A DNA stretch of 59,945 bases, counting the filler. It is 4 parts of 4 records of this genome, joined end to end, with 100 filler letters (N's around TTAATTAATTAA, not from the genome) between each part and the next. Parts side by side here need not be neighbours in the genome. Positions count along the whole stretch, not along the records: positions 35,758 to 44,531 come from SRR31156797_1920; positions 44,632 to 59,945 come from SRR31156797_1922; 2 more parts are not named here. The stretch is one strand, 5' to 3'. Within the stretch, counting starts at the first letter, position 1; each line of letters starts with the position of its first letter. This document shows positions 41,007 through 50,000 of the stretch, piece by piece. The notes beneath the pieces are model-generated. The model was not told the DNA's origin, did no database searches, and saw only the letters and a program-made list of their open reading frames with translations. Made by a program: the position numbers and the translations under genes.

Positions 41007-42032
41007 ATGAGAGATAGATTTAAACTATTAGTTCATGAGTCAACAGGTCAAAAGTACGAAGACTTGTTTGTCAAAATCATGGGATATGCAGATTCTTCAT
41101 TTAGACCTGTAAAAGCTCATGGAAACATCGGAGATCGGGGTAACGATGGTTGGTGTTCAAGTTTCGGAAAATACTATCAGGTGTATGCACCTGAAGACTT
41201 ACCAAGTAACAACGCCACCTCAATTAAAAAAATGAAAGAGGATTTCAGTAAGCTAAAGGCCTACTGGGACAAAATCTCACCAATTAAAGAATATTATTTC
41301 GTGGTAAATGATAAATATAAAGGCGTATCTCCACATCTCTATACTGCAATTAATGAAATGAAAAATGAACATAGTTTGCAAGTCGCGGAACTCTTTCTTG
41401 CAAAGCAGTTGGAGAATGTTTTGTTCTCACTAAATAGTGATGTTATTCATAGTGTTGTCGGAAGTTCACCTTCAGGAAATAAGTTAAAAAACTTTCATGA
41501 ATATCTGGTTGACGAAATCACTCAAAGGATGCACTTGCGGTGTTGGCCTTCAATTAGTGAAAATTTAATCGCTGACTCAATAGAGTCTGTCATAGTAGAT
41601 GGATTCTCTGATGCCATAATGCTTGTATTTAAGACTGTTTTTCCAAACACGATTCCGTCACTTGAACGTTCAATTCAAGAATTAGGTGATCGGGCTGAGG
41701 CTTTGAGGAATCATTTCACCAAGTCGCGATTTGCGTATTTGAGCGACGATAATAAATGGTGGAGCAGAGATATGAGATGGAAGCAGAAATGGATGGATGA
41801 CCAAGACGAATACAAGCGTAAATATCAGCTTTACGACAACTGGAGTAGGCAATTGTTCTCTTTACATTGGAACTTGGTGCATGCCTTGAATTGTTATTCT
41901 CATGAGGTCAGAGCGCATGTATATCCCAACTATCTAATGGGACAACAGTTTACAATTGTTGATTCATTGGGAACATACAACTCTCTTGAAGGATATGAAG
42001 CCATTCCTGGCAACTATAGGAAAATAAACTAA
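41007..42032 (+). CDS. Cassette 1: N-terminal restriction-endonuclease-like domain protein (ABC-three-component/Lamassu effector-like)
   Basis: GQKYEDLFVKIM...VKAHGNIGDRGNDG...YYQVYAPE...K..EDF pattern; the stop codon lies within the R'' box. Confidence 0.65.
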   Translation: MRDRFKLLVHESTGQKYEDLFVKIMGYADSSFRPVKAHGNIGDRGNDGWCSSFGKYYQVYAPEDLPSNNATSIKKMKEDFSKLKAYWDKISPIKEYYFVVNDKYKGVSPHLYTAINEMKNEHSLQVAELFLAKQLENVLFSLNSDVIHSVVGSSPSGNKLKNFHEYLVDEITQRMHLRCWPSISENLIADSIESVIVDGFSDAIMLVFKTVFPNTIPSLERSIQELGDRAEALRNHFTKSRFAYLSDDNKWWSRDMRWKQKWMDDQDEYKRKYQLYDNWSRQLFSLHWNLVHALNCYSHEVRAHVYPNYLMGQQFTIVDSLGTYNSLEGYEAIPGNYRKIN

Positions 42033-42090
42033 CAAGTCGCTGGAGAAGGATACGCCGTAAATGGCGCACCTCTCAGCTCAGACGTTGGAC
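42027..42090 (+). mobile_element. attC site 1 (64 bp)
   Basis: R'' AACTAAC, L'' GCTGGAGA pairing with L' TCTCAGC with one extrahelical base, R' GTTGGAC. Confidence 0.88.
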
Positions 42091-42103
42091 TAAACACGGA
42101 CCA

Positions 42104-42766
42104 TTGAAGATGTCATCAGATAACAAGCCAAATAAAATTCAAACCATTATCGCTATAGCAACATTGATCCTTACTCCACTTACTTCTGGGTTGGTTGTCA
42201 ATTACCAACTTACTAAAGGTCAAGAATACTGGAATGTTCAGAAAATATTTGAACGACAAGAAAGCTATTTAGATAAACGAATTAAATTGTTGGAATCTAT
42301 AAATAAAAATGTTTTGAATCTGGAGTTGTCCGTAAAAAAAATAAAACTAGACCAATGGGCATTAACAAGCAAATTAGCATTTGCAGCTGAATCAAATGAC
42401 ACTGCGGAAGTGGACACAGAATTAAAAAATTTAAATACCTCTTTATTAAAATATCACAAAGACTTGTTAGAGTTCTCAGTATTAATTCAGACTGCTATTG
42501 TATTTTATAGCCCAGAAACAGCGGATCGCTTAAACGTGCTTTCTTCAGCTATTGAAAATAATTTCGGAAATGGACCTGACTATCATGAAGAATTACTAAA
42601 ATATTTGATGTCAGGCAAAAAGAAAGAAGCAACGCTGTTTGTTGCTGAATTGGATCTAAAATCGAAATACGATACATCTGATGATTTGAAGTCAGCTAGA
42701 TTAGAAGCAATAAAATTTATGATTAAAGATATTAATGCTTCTCATGATATATATAAAATCAAGTGA
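42104..42766 (+). CDS. Cassette 2: hypothetical protein with N-terminal TM segment and coiled coil (start 42104 or 42110)
   Basis: IQTIIAIATLILTPLTSGLVV hydrophobic segment; lies between attC1 and attC2. Confidence 0.7.
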   Translation: MKMSSDNKPNKIQTIIAIATLILTPLTSGLVVNYQLTKGQEYWNVQKIFERQESYLDKRIKLLESINKNVLNLELSVKKIKLDQWALTSKLAFAAESNDTAEVDTELKNLNTSLLKYHKDLLEFSVLIQTAIVFYSPETADRLNVLSSAIENNFGNGPDYHEELLKYLMSGKKKEATLFVAELDLKSKYDTSDDLKSARLEAIKFMIKDINASHDIYKIK

Positions 42767-42770
42767 TCAG

Positions 42771-42876
42771 TGCTAACAATTGGCTTATGGCCGATCCCAA
42801 AAAACTGGCCACGTCTTTCATAACTTCAACCGCCGTCCCTATCATCTTTTTGGGGCGGCATAGCCATACGTTGTGC
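42771..42876 (+). mobile_element. attC site 2 (106 bp)
   Basis: R'' TGCTAAC; GCTTATGGCCG..CCCAAAAA pairs with TTTTTGGG.CGGCATAGC; R' GTTGTGC. Confidence 0.88.
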
Positions 42877-42894
42877 GTAGAAAACGGTTCGTAT

Positions 42895-43572
42895 ATGGAT
42901 TCCCGTGTGTTCGTTGATGAACTCAGAAAAAAATACCAACAACCAAACAATAAACTGCTCGCTGAACACCTTGGTGTATCTTATTCAACGCTTCACAAGT
43001 GGCATGCGGAACCAAGAAAACTAACCACTAAGCAAGTAGTCAACATAGTGGATAAAGCGAAAAGGCACAGTGCTCGAGAAGCGCACCTCTCAGGCGTTCG
43101 TCCAATAGTAGAATACTACCCCATTGAAGCAGCAGTTTCTCAACAGGGAGCCAAATGGGAATTATTCAATGCAGAGGAGTCAGGAAACAAAAGGCAAGAA
43201 GGTCTGAAAGAGGTATTACAAGAATCTTATGGTATTTATGTATTCTATGACTCAAGAGGCTCGGCGATTTATATCGGAAAAGCAAAAGAACAGAGGCTTT
43301 GGGATGAAATGAAAAGCGCGTTCAATAGAGATAGAAAAACGCAAAAAATAAAAATAGTAACTCATCCCACCACAGGTACGGGTTATCGATCTGCATATGA
43401 AGCACCCAGAAATATAACAAATACACACATTCTTCTTTCAGATATGGCAACTTATTTTTCTGCTTATGATGTGGATATTGATATGATAAATAACATTGAG
43501 GCGCTTCTTGTGCGTGTTTATGCAAATGGCTTATTAAACGCAAGAATTGAGAAATTCAATCATGGGGTGTAG
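42895..43572 (+). CDS. Cassette 3: HTH + GIY-YIG nuclease-domain protein
   Basis: LAEHLGVSYSTLHKW (HTH); GIYVFYDSRGSAIYIGKA ... IEALL ... LLN (GIY-YIG). First ATG after attC2 is at 42895. Confidence 0.75.
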   Translation: MDSRVFVDELRKKYQQPNNKLLAEHLGVSYSTLHKWHAEPRKLTTKQVVNIVDKAKRHSAREAHLSGVRPIVEYYPIEAAVSQQGAKWELFNAEESGNKRQEGLKEVLQESYGIYVFYDSRGSAIYIGKAKEQRLWDEMKSAFNRDRKTQKIKIVTHPTTGTGYRSAYEAPRNITNTHILLSDMATYFSAYDVDIDMINNIEALLVRVYANGLLNARIEKFNHGV

Positions 43573-43594
43573 ATAAAGTCAAGCGTAACAAGGC

Positions 43595-43658
43595 GCACAA
43601 CCAGTCAGTCCTCCGGATGGCAAAAAAAAATCTGCCGCCGGTGACCGGCGCATTAGCT
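43595..43658 (+). mobile_element. attC site 3 (64 bp, R' degenerate ATTAGCT)
   Basis: R'' GCACAAC is the exact complement of the preceding core GTTGTGC; GTCCTCCGG..GGCA pairs with TGCC.CCGGTGAC. Confidence 0.82.
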
Positions 43659-43680
43659 TTACAACAGGAAGAGGTATGAT

Positions 43681-44511
43681 TTGAGAACAATAAAAATAAT
43701 TCTGATGATTTTAGTTCCTAACATTGCATTTGCAACTGAAAAACAAGTCGTCCCAGCATCTACAGTTTATCAAATGGACTTATTTTCTATAATTTCATTT
43801 GCCCTCGCTATCACAGCGTTGATTATTTCCTTATTTATGGCATGGTTATCATGGGAATTTTATAAAAAGTCAACTGAGTCCTCTGAAAAAACGAATGAAA
43901 CTGTGGTGAAAATTGAGACAAGTATTATTTCAATTCAAAACAGTATTTCTGAAATTGTCCAACGCGCAGTTGGGTACTGGGTTGAAGGTGGCGGAGGAGA
44001 CTCAAATGTCTCAGGAATCAAAGATGAATTAGATGAAAAGATTCAAGAGCTTGAAGATAAGATTAATACTTCGAATGGAGGAGCTACCCCAGAAGTATCG
44101 TCTGAAATATTAGATTTAAAAAATCAAATAAATGAATTGAGTCTTGGTGTTAGGAAAGCTCAAGTTCGTTCGTTATTTCCAGGGGTTTTGGACAAAAAAC
44201 AAGCTATAGAGCACAATCAAATAGTTGCATCGAGAGAAGACAATAAGCAAGCAGGACAAATTGAAGTAATCCTCAATAAAACTATGCCATATGCAACAGT
44301 CACTGGGAAATTTAGTCCTAAAATGTCACATGTCCCTGATTTTAATGTTACTTTGATAGATTCGCCTTACGACGATAATAATGATGTGAAATTCAGCAAG
44401 GGGGTTGGCACCCCGAAAGATTTTAATATTCATCTTAACGGAAAGGGAACTCCATTAAAGGTTGGGAACTATATTTTTAAATATGAAGCAACTATCAGTC
44501 AAGATAGCTAA
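43681..44511 (+). CDS. Cassette 4: membrane protein with coiled coil and C-terminal beta-rich domain
   Basis: Signal-like N-terminus, TM helix LFSIISFALAITALIISLFMAW, heptad region; TTG start after AGGAAGAGG. Confidence 0.7.
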   Translation: MRTIKIILMILVPNIAFATEKQVVPASTVYQMDLFSIISFALAITALIISLFMAWLSWEFYKKSTESSEKTNETVVKIETSIISIQNSISEIVQRAVGYWVEGGGGDSNVSGIKDELDEKIQELEDKINTSNGGATPEVSSEILDLKNQINELSLGVRKAQVRSLFPGVLDKKQAIEHNQIVASREDNKQAGQIEVILNKTMPYATVTGKFSPKMSHVPDFNVTLIDSPYDDNNDVKFSKGVGTPKDFNIHLNGKGTPLKVGNYIFKYEATISQDS

Positions 44512-44531
44512 CGAATAGATGCACTTGACCG
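44506..44531 (+). mobile_element. attC site 4, left half (truncated)
   Basis: R'' AGCTAAC complements the (G)TTAGCT core that starts this cassette; followed by gaata-GATGCACTTGAC. Confidence 0.72.
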
Positions 44532-44631
44532 NNNNNNNNNNNNNNNNNNNNNNNNNNNNNNNNNNNNNNNNNNNNTTAATTAATTAANNNNNNNNNNNNN
44601 NNNNNNNNNNNNNNNNNNNNNNNNNNNNNNN
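44532..44631. other. Artificial contig spacer
   Basis: N run with TTAATTAATTAA. Confidence 0.98.
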
Positions 44632-44673
44632 CCTACACGGTATTATGCGATGATTTTTGCAGCTCATTATAGT

Positions 44674-44823
44674 CTACTTTATTTTATTTACTTCGCTTTC
44701 TTTATTTTCATCAATATTATCCTGATCTATATATTCATCTACCATTGAACTAGGAACTAACCAATCATTAAAATATAATAGGGATATTAAGTTCTCACCT
44801 TTTACTACTCTTTGATCCTTCAT
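44674..44823 (-). CDS. Small hypothetical protein (49 aa), below the ORF-track cutoff
   Basis: GGAGGAG RBS, then MKDQRVVKGENLISLLYFNDWLVPSSMVDEYIDQDNIDENKESEVNKIK*. Confidence 0.5.
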   Translation of the reverse strand: MKDQRVVKGENLISLLYFNDWLVPSSMVDEYIDQDNIDENKESEVNKIK

Positions 44824-45058
44824 ACATACTCCTCCATTTCAAAATTAAATTTCTTAAGAAAGTTTAATATTTTATCTATATTATGTTATAATTATACTTA
44901 CGAAACGCTAAGTTTAGAATTGTACTGCGAGTATGAAAGTTCTATAACTGCCTGACTAAATAACTTAGTACTGACAGTACTATATGAAAGTTTAGACTTA
45001 TTTTATTAACTTAAATGATACTGCATCATTTTTAAAAATTATACTTTGGAGAACTCTT

Positions 45059-45931
45059 ATGATTACAGCTATTTATTTTTTAACTTTTGCATTATTTTTT
45101 GTTATCGCAACATTAAGTTATATCTATTACCAAATTAATAAAAATCATTCGATACTTGATTTTTTTGTCATTAATTTAGGAGCATTCATAAGTTTTACTT
45201 TTAAACTCTTAAATAAATATGCTACAAATGATAAAACAGCAGCTATTTTTCTTAAATCTCATGAATTTTTTGCTGTTTTAACTTCCATAATTTTTATGAT
45301 TTTTATATATGAAATTATAAGCGGAAATAAAATAAAAAAGAGAATCAGATTCCCACTACTATTTCATTCATTTTATCTAATTATAATTTTAATTGATTTT
45401 TTTATTTTGAATGAAAGTGATCTTCTTTTCAATCTGGTAACCAATGCTTTTTCCTTAATCGTTTCACTAGAAGTAATATTTATGTTGATGACAAAAGCAT
45501 CAGAAATAAGCTCGGAGATGAAAACACAAATAATTAAATTTCTAAGTTTTGGCTTTTTAATTATCTTTATAGAAACTGTTAGTAAAAGATTTATGAATGT
45601 CTATGATGAAGTTATTTCAGATTTAATGTTTAATTGTTTTATATCTTTTTTTCTTTTTAATAAAATTTCTATTGAACTTAAGCTAATCAATAAAAAGAAA
45701 GCTGATAAAAAAGAAAATCTCTTTACCGAGTTAGAAAGTAAATTGAAAGACCAATCAATAACTGATAGAGAAGAGGAAATAGTTAAACTAATCATTTGTG
45801 GAAAAACAAATCATCAAATTGCTGAAACTCTATATATCAGTATTAATACTGTTAAAATTCATGTATATAATATTTATAGAAAATTTAATGTAAACAAAAG
45901 AATTGAATTAATGGAGAGATTAAAAGATTAG
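45059..45931 (+). CDS. Membrane-bound LuxR-type transcriptional regulator
   Basis: About 6-7 TM segments, then ITDREEEIVKLI.CGKTN.QIA..LYISINTVKIHVYNIYRK. Confidence 0.87.
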   Translation: MITAIYFLTFALFFVIATLSYIYYQINKNHSILDFFVINLGAFISFTFKLLNKYATNDKTAAIFLKSHEFFAVLTSIIFMIFIYEIISGNKIKKRIRFPLLFHSFYLIIILIDFFILNESDLLFNLVTNAFSLIVSLEVIFMLMTKASEISSEMKTQIIKFLSFGFLIIFIETVSKRFMNVYDEVISDLMFNCFISFFLFNKISIELKLINKKKADKKENLFTELESKLKDQSITDREEEIVKLIICGKTNHQIAETLYISINTVKIHVYNIYRKFNVNKRIELMERLKD

Positions 45932-45962
45932 CAAATAACAATTTATTTCAGGAGATTTATTT

Positions 45963-46847
45963 ATGATAACAGCTTTATATTTTTTTAACTTTGCAACTTA
46001 TTGCATTCTAACAATTGTTACATATTTTTATTATATTATTAATAAAAATAAGAACATCCTTGATTTTTTCAGTGTTACTTTTGTAGCGACTATATCATAT
46101 GTTTTTGCTGTTTCGAAAAACTATGCTATAAATGAAGTAACTAAGAGTCTTTATATGAAAACAAGTGTTCTATTTGGACTCGCTGCTAATTTAATGCTTA
46201 TGTTTTTTATTTATGAAGTAACCACTCAAAAAAACATCAGGAAAAAGCATAATTTTCTTATTGCTCTAGTTATCATTTTGGCAAGTGCATTTGCAGTAGA
46301 GTTTTATGTTGATACAGTTGATATTGGATTATTCAAAATGACATCAGTATTAATTTTTGTTTTGACAAGTCTTGAGGTAATTTTTATACTGATGACTAAA
46401 GTAAATGAAATTAGTTCTGAAATGAAATCATATATAATCAAATTCATGACTTTTTTCATGTTTACATTAGTTATAGAGGATGTTTTAAAGAGAGGTTTTA
46501 ATATTCAGGCGGATAATGTAACCAGAGCTATTTTCAACACATTTATTATTTCATTTATTTTTAATAAAATTAAAGTTGAAATTACAGCATTGCAGAACAA
46601 GCAAGGCTCTATTCAGGAAGTTGAATATGGTAATTTAGACGCTAAATTACAGGAAAAACAAATAACAGATCGCGAAGATGAGATCGTAAGATTGATTATC
46701 TGTGGAAAAACTAATCAAGAAATTGCCGATGATTTATTTATAAGCATAAATACAGTCAAAATACATGTTTACAATATTTATCGTAAGTTTGAAGTAAATA
46801 AAAGATCAGAATTAATAAATTTATTAAAAGATAATGGGGATAGTTAA
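45963..46847 (+). CDS. Membrane-bound LuxR-type regulator (tandem paralog)
   Basis: Same architecture, near-identical HTH, shared MITA.YF and LMTK..EISSEMK blocks. Confidence 0.87.
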   Translation: MITALYFFNFATYCILTIVTYFYYIINKNKNILDFFSVTFVATISYVFAVSKNYAINEVTKSLYMKTSVLFGLAANLMLMFFIYEVTTQKNIRKKHNFLIALVIILASAFAVEFYVDTVDIGLFKMTSVLIFVLTSLEVIFILMTKVNEISSEMKSYIIKFMTFFMFTLVIEDVLKRGFNIQADNVTRAIFNTFIISFIFNKIKVEITALQNKQGSIQEVEYGNLDAKLQEKQITDREDEIVRLIICGKTNQEIADDLFISINTVKIHVYNIYRKFEVNKRSELINLLKDNGDS

Positions 46848-46875
46848 GATTTTTCTTGGCTATCCCTATACTTTT
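46837..46875 (+). terminator. Terminator-like hairpin
   Basis: GGGATAGTTAAGA-tttt-TCTTGGCTATCCC overlapping the stop codon. Confidence 0.6.
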
Positions 46876-47063
46876 ACGTTAAGAGTTTAACATTTAAAAA
46901 CTCCTCTCTATTCTAAACTCATTTGCTTTTTAAATTAAAAAAGTTACTAAAACTTTACCAAATTAGTCTATATTTTGCCTTGCATTCCCAAGTAAAAACA
47001 TGATAAAATATAATTGTATTATTTTGTTTTTTAAACTATCACGCTAAAAGAAAGGGTTAAGTT

Positions 47064-50000
47064 GTGAACAATTATAAAGAAAAATTAAAGGATTCTATTG
47101 ACATTGCAAAAAACTTAAACGAATATCTTAGAGATATTCCCTCAGACAAGAAACTGTTATTTATTTCTCCAGAGAAAACAGGACGAATAAACATTAAAAT
47201 TGATCACCGAAGTGATTATTATTCATTTGGAGTAATTTTATTCTATCACTTTTCTGGCAAATATCCTTTTAATGATTCTGATCCTATGCAGCAAATCTAT
47301 TCTCATATTGCTGTTGCTCCTCCAACTTTACTTTCTATAGATTCAGGTATACCTAATATGCTTTCGCAAATTACCGATAAACTTTTAAAGAAAAATCCTG
47401 AAGAAAGATACCAATCTATTGAAGGAATTATTTATGACTTAGAGTATTTGCTAAATCATCTTTCAGAAGAGTTTGTTCTTGCATCACAAGATTACAACTC
47501 TAGTCTTACTATACCTGATAAAATTTATGGACGAGATAGAGAAATTGAACAGATTAACACTTTATTAACTAGCACGGACAAATCATTTATTACAATTGCT
47601 GGTTATTCCGGAATAGGTAAATCAGCTCTAGTTAATGAAATCAAAAAAAGCTTTCATTCAGAAAAACTTTTCTTTTCTGAAACGAAATTTGAGCAACACA
47701 AAACTGTACAGAACTTTAATGTATTCTTTGAATCAATATCACAATATATTAGAACTACTTTGCTAAAAAGTGATCAGCAAATAGAAGAGTTTAAAAATTT
47801 ACTACTAAATAAATTAGGAGATAATGTTCAGTTAATTATTGAATTCATTCCTGAATTAAAAAATATAATAAAACAAGAATTTACTCTTGATAAACTTCAT
47901 CCAAATGAAGCTCAAAACAGATTTAATAATACATTTATTAAATTCCTGACTATTATCTCTACCTTTGATGAGAAAATTGTTTTATTTATAGATGATATGC
48001 AGTGGAGTGATGTTGCTAGTATAAAGATGCTTGAACTCATACTTACGGAAGCTGAACTAACAAATATCGCAATCATTTTGGCATATCGAAATAATGAAAT
48101 TAAATCAACACATGCGTTTAATCATATATTAAATCAACTGAAAGAAAGAAAAGAAACATTAAATCTCAATCTTTCTCCTATAACAGACAAAGCTATAAAA
48201 TCAATGCTAAAAGACACATTTACATCAAGAAATGGTGCTTTAGATGAATTTTCTGCTCTTTTAGAACAAAAAACTGGTGGAAATCCTTTCTTTATAAAAG
48301 AGTTATTATATAACTTGACTGATGAAGAGTATATTACTTTTGATCATGATAAGCTTGCTTGGCATTGGGACATTGATATGATTAAACAAATAGAAGTTAG
48401 TGAAAATGTTGCTGATATCGTGTCAAAAAAAATTGAAAAAGCACCAGAGGAAATTAGAAAAATCCTTAACTTTGCTTCGATATTAGGAAATGAGTTTAAG
48501 CTAACTGATTTACAAAAAATAGTTGAAATCCCTGTTGAAGATATTGTTGAAATTTTTGATATTAATAAACAATTTAACTTTATAATAAAAAATAGTGATA
48601 ATTCATATAAATTTACACATGATAAAATTCAAGAAGCATTTACCCAGTATTTAACTAAAGAGGAGCAAAAAAGACTAAACTATTCGATTGGACTCCACTT
48701 GCTGTCTACAACAGAGGATTATTTCAGAATTGCAAATCATTTTAACTATGGAAAAGAGTTAATCACTCAGAAGGATATGCAAAATGAATTAATCAATCTA
48801 AATGTCAGATGTGCTAAAGAAAGTTTAAAATCCAATAGTTATGAAAATGCTATTCTTTATCTAAACGAAGCTCTGGAGATGCAACAATCAAGTAGATGGG
48901 AATCTGACTACATTAGATCCATTGATATTAACACGCTTTTAACAGAAGTAGCTTATCTAAGTTTAGATTTTGATAAAGCAAATCACTACTTCGAAGAAAC
49001 AATAAAGCAAGCTAAAAATCTTGAAGATAAAATTAAAATAAGTCAAATAGAGATTTATTCTCTAATAGCACAGAATAGAATGAAGGATGCACTTGATCTG
49101 GGACTTGATATTTTAGAGCAATTTGATATAAAGATGCCTGAAAGTGATAATGCAGGAGAATATTATACAAAACTTTTTGACCTTTATGATGTGAATAACG
49201 TTATGGAGCTTGAAAATTTGAAGAAAATGACTGATGAAACTAAAATATATATTATAGATATATTAAACTCTATAATGTCCCCTGCTTTTTTAACTGCACC
49301 GCACATCTACCCTAAAATATGTTATGTCGCTATAGATCAATGTATCAAATATGGTAACTCTGCTGGTTCAACCAATGTATATGCAGTTCATGCTCTACTG
49401 CTTAGTGCTTTCTTTAGCGAGTTTGAGCAAGCATACGAATTTGCTAAATTGGCACAAAAACTAGTTGAAAAATACGATGGTAAAAGATATATTGCGCAAG
49501 TTGAAATGATTGCTAATGCTTGTGTAGCACATTGGAATGGCAATGTAGAAAAAACTTTGAAACCTCTTAAACATGCTGTAATGTTAGGTATTGAAGTTGG
49601 AGATTTCGAATACGCTTGCTACAGTGGAATGTATTACACTTTGTATGCATTACTTAATGGCGTTGAATTAGATACAATGAAAAAAGAGTTTACTGAACAA
49701 GCTGGTATAATGACTTCTTGCAAGCAGTCATATCAATTACTCTACAGTGCAGTGTGGCAAGAATTTATGGAAAATCTAACAAATGAAGTTGATAAACCAT
49801 ATATTTTGGAAGGAATATATTTCAGTGAGGAGAATTCACTACAATCCTTAATAGATGCAAATAGTTTTTCTATTTTATTTAACTTATACTATGCTAAAGC
49901 AATGTTAGCTCTTATGTTTGAAGAAACAGAAAAAGCATACGAATATATAACGGTTGCTAAAAATTATCACATAGGTGTTGCAAGCCTTTATCAATTCGGA

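Larger units (their letters stand above)
41007..44531 (+). mobile_element. Integron gene-cassette array without an adjacent integrase (CALIN-like), truncated by the contig end
   Basis: Four co-oriented AT-rich ORFs, each followed by an attC-like imperfect palindrome; abrupt GC drop relative to ftcd. Confidence 0.85.
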
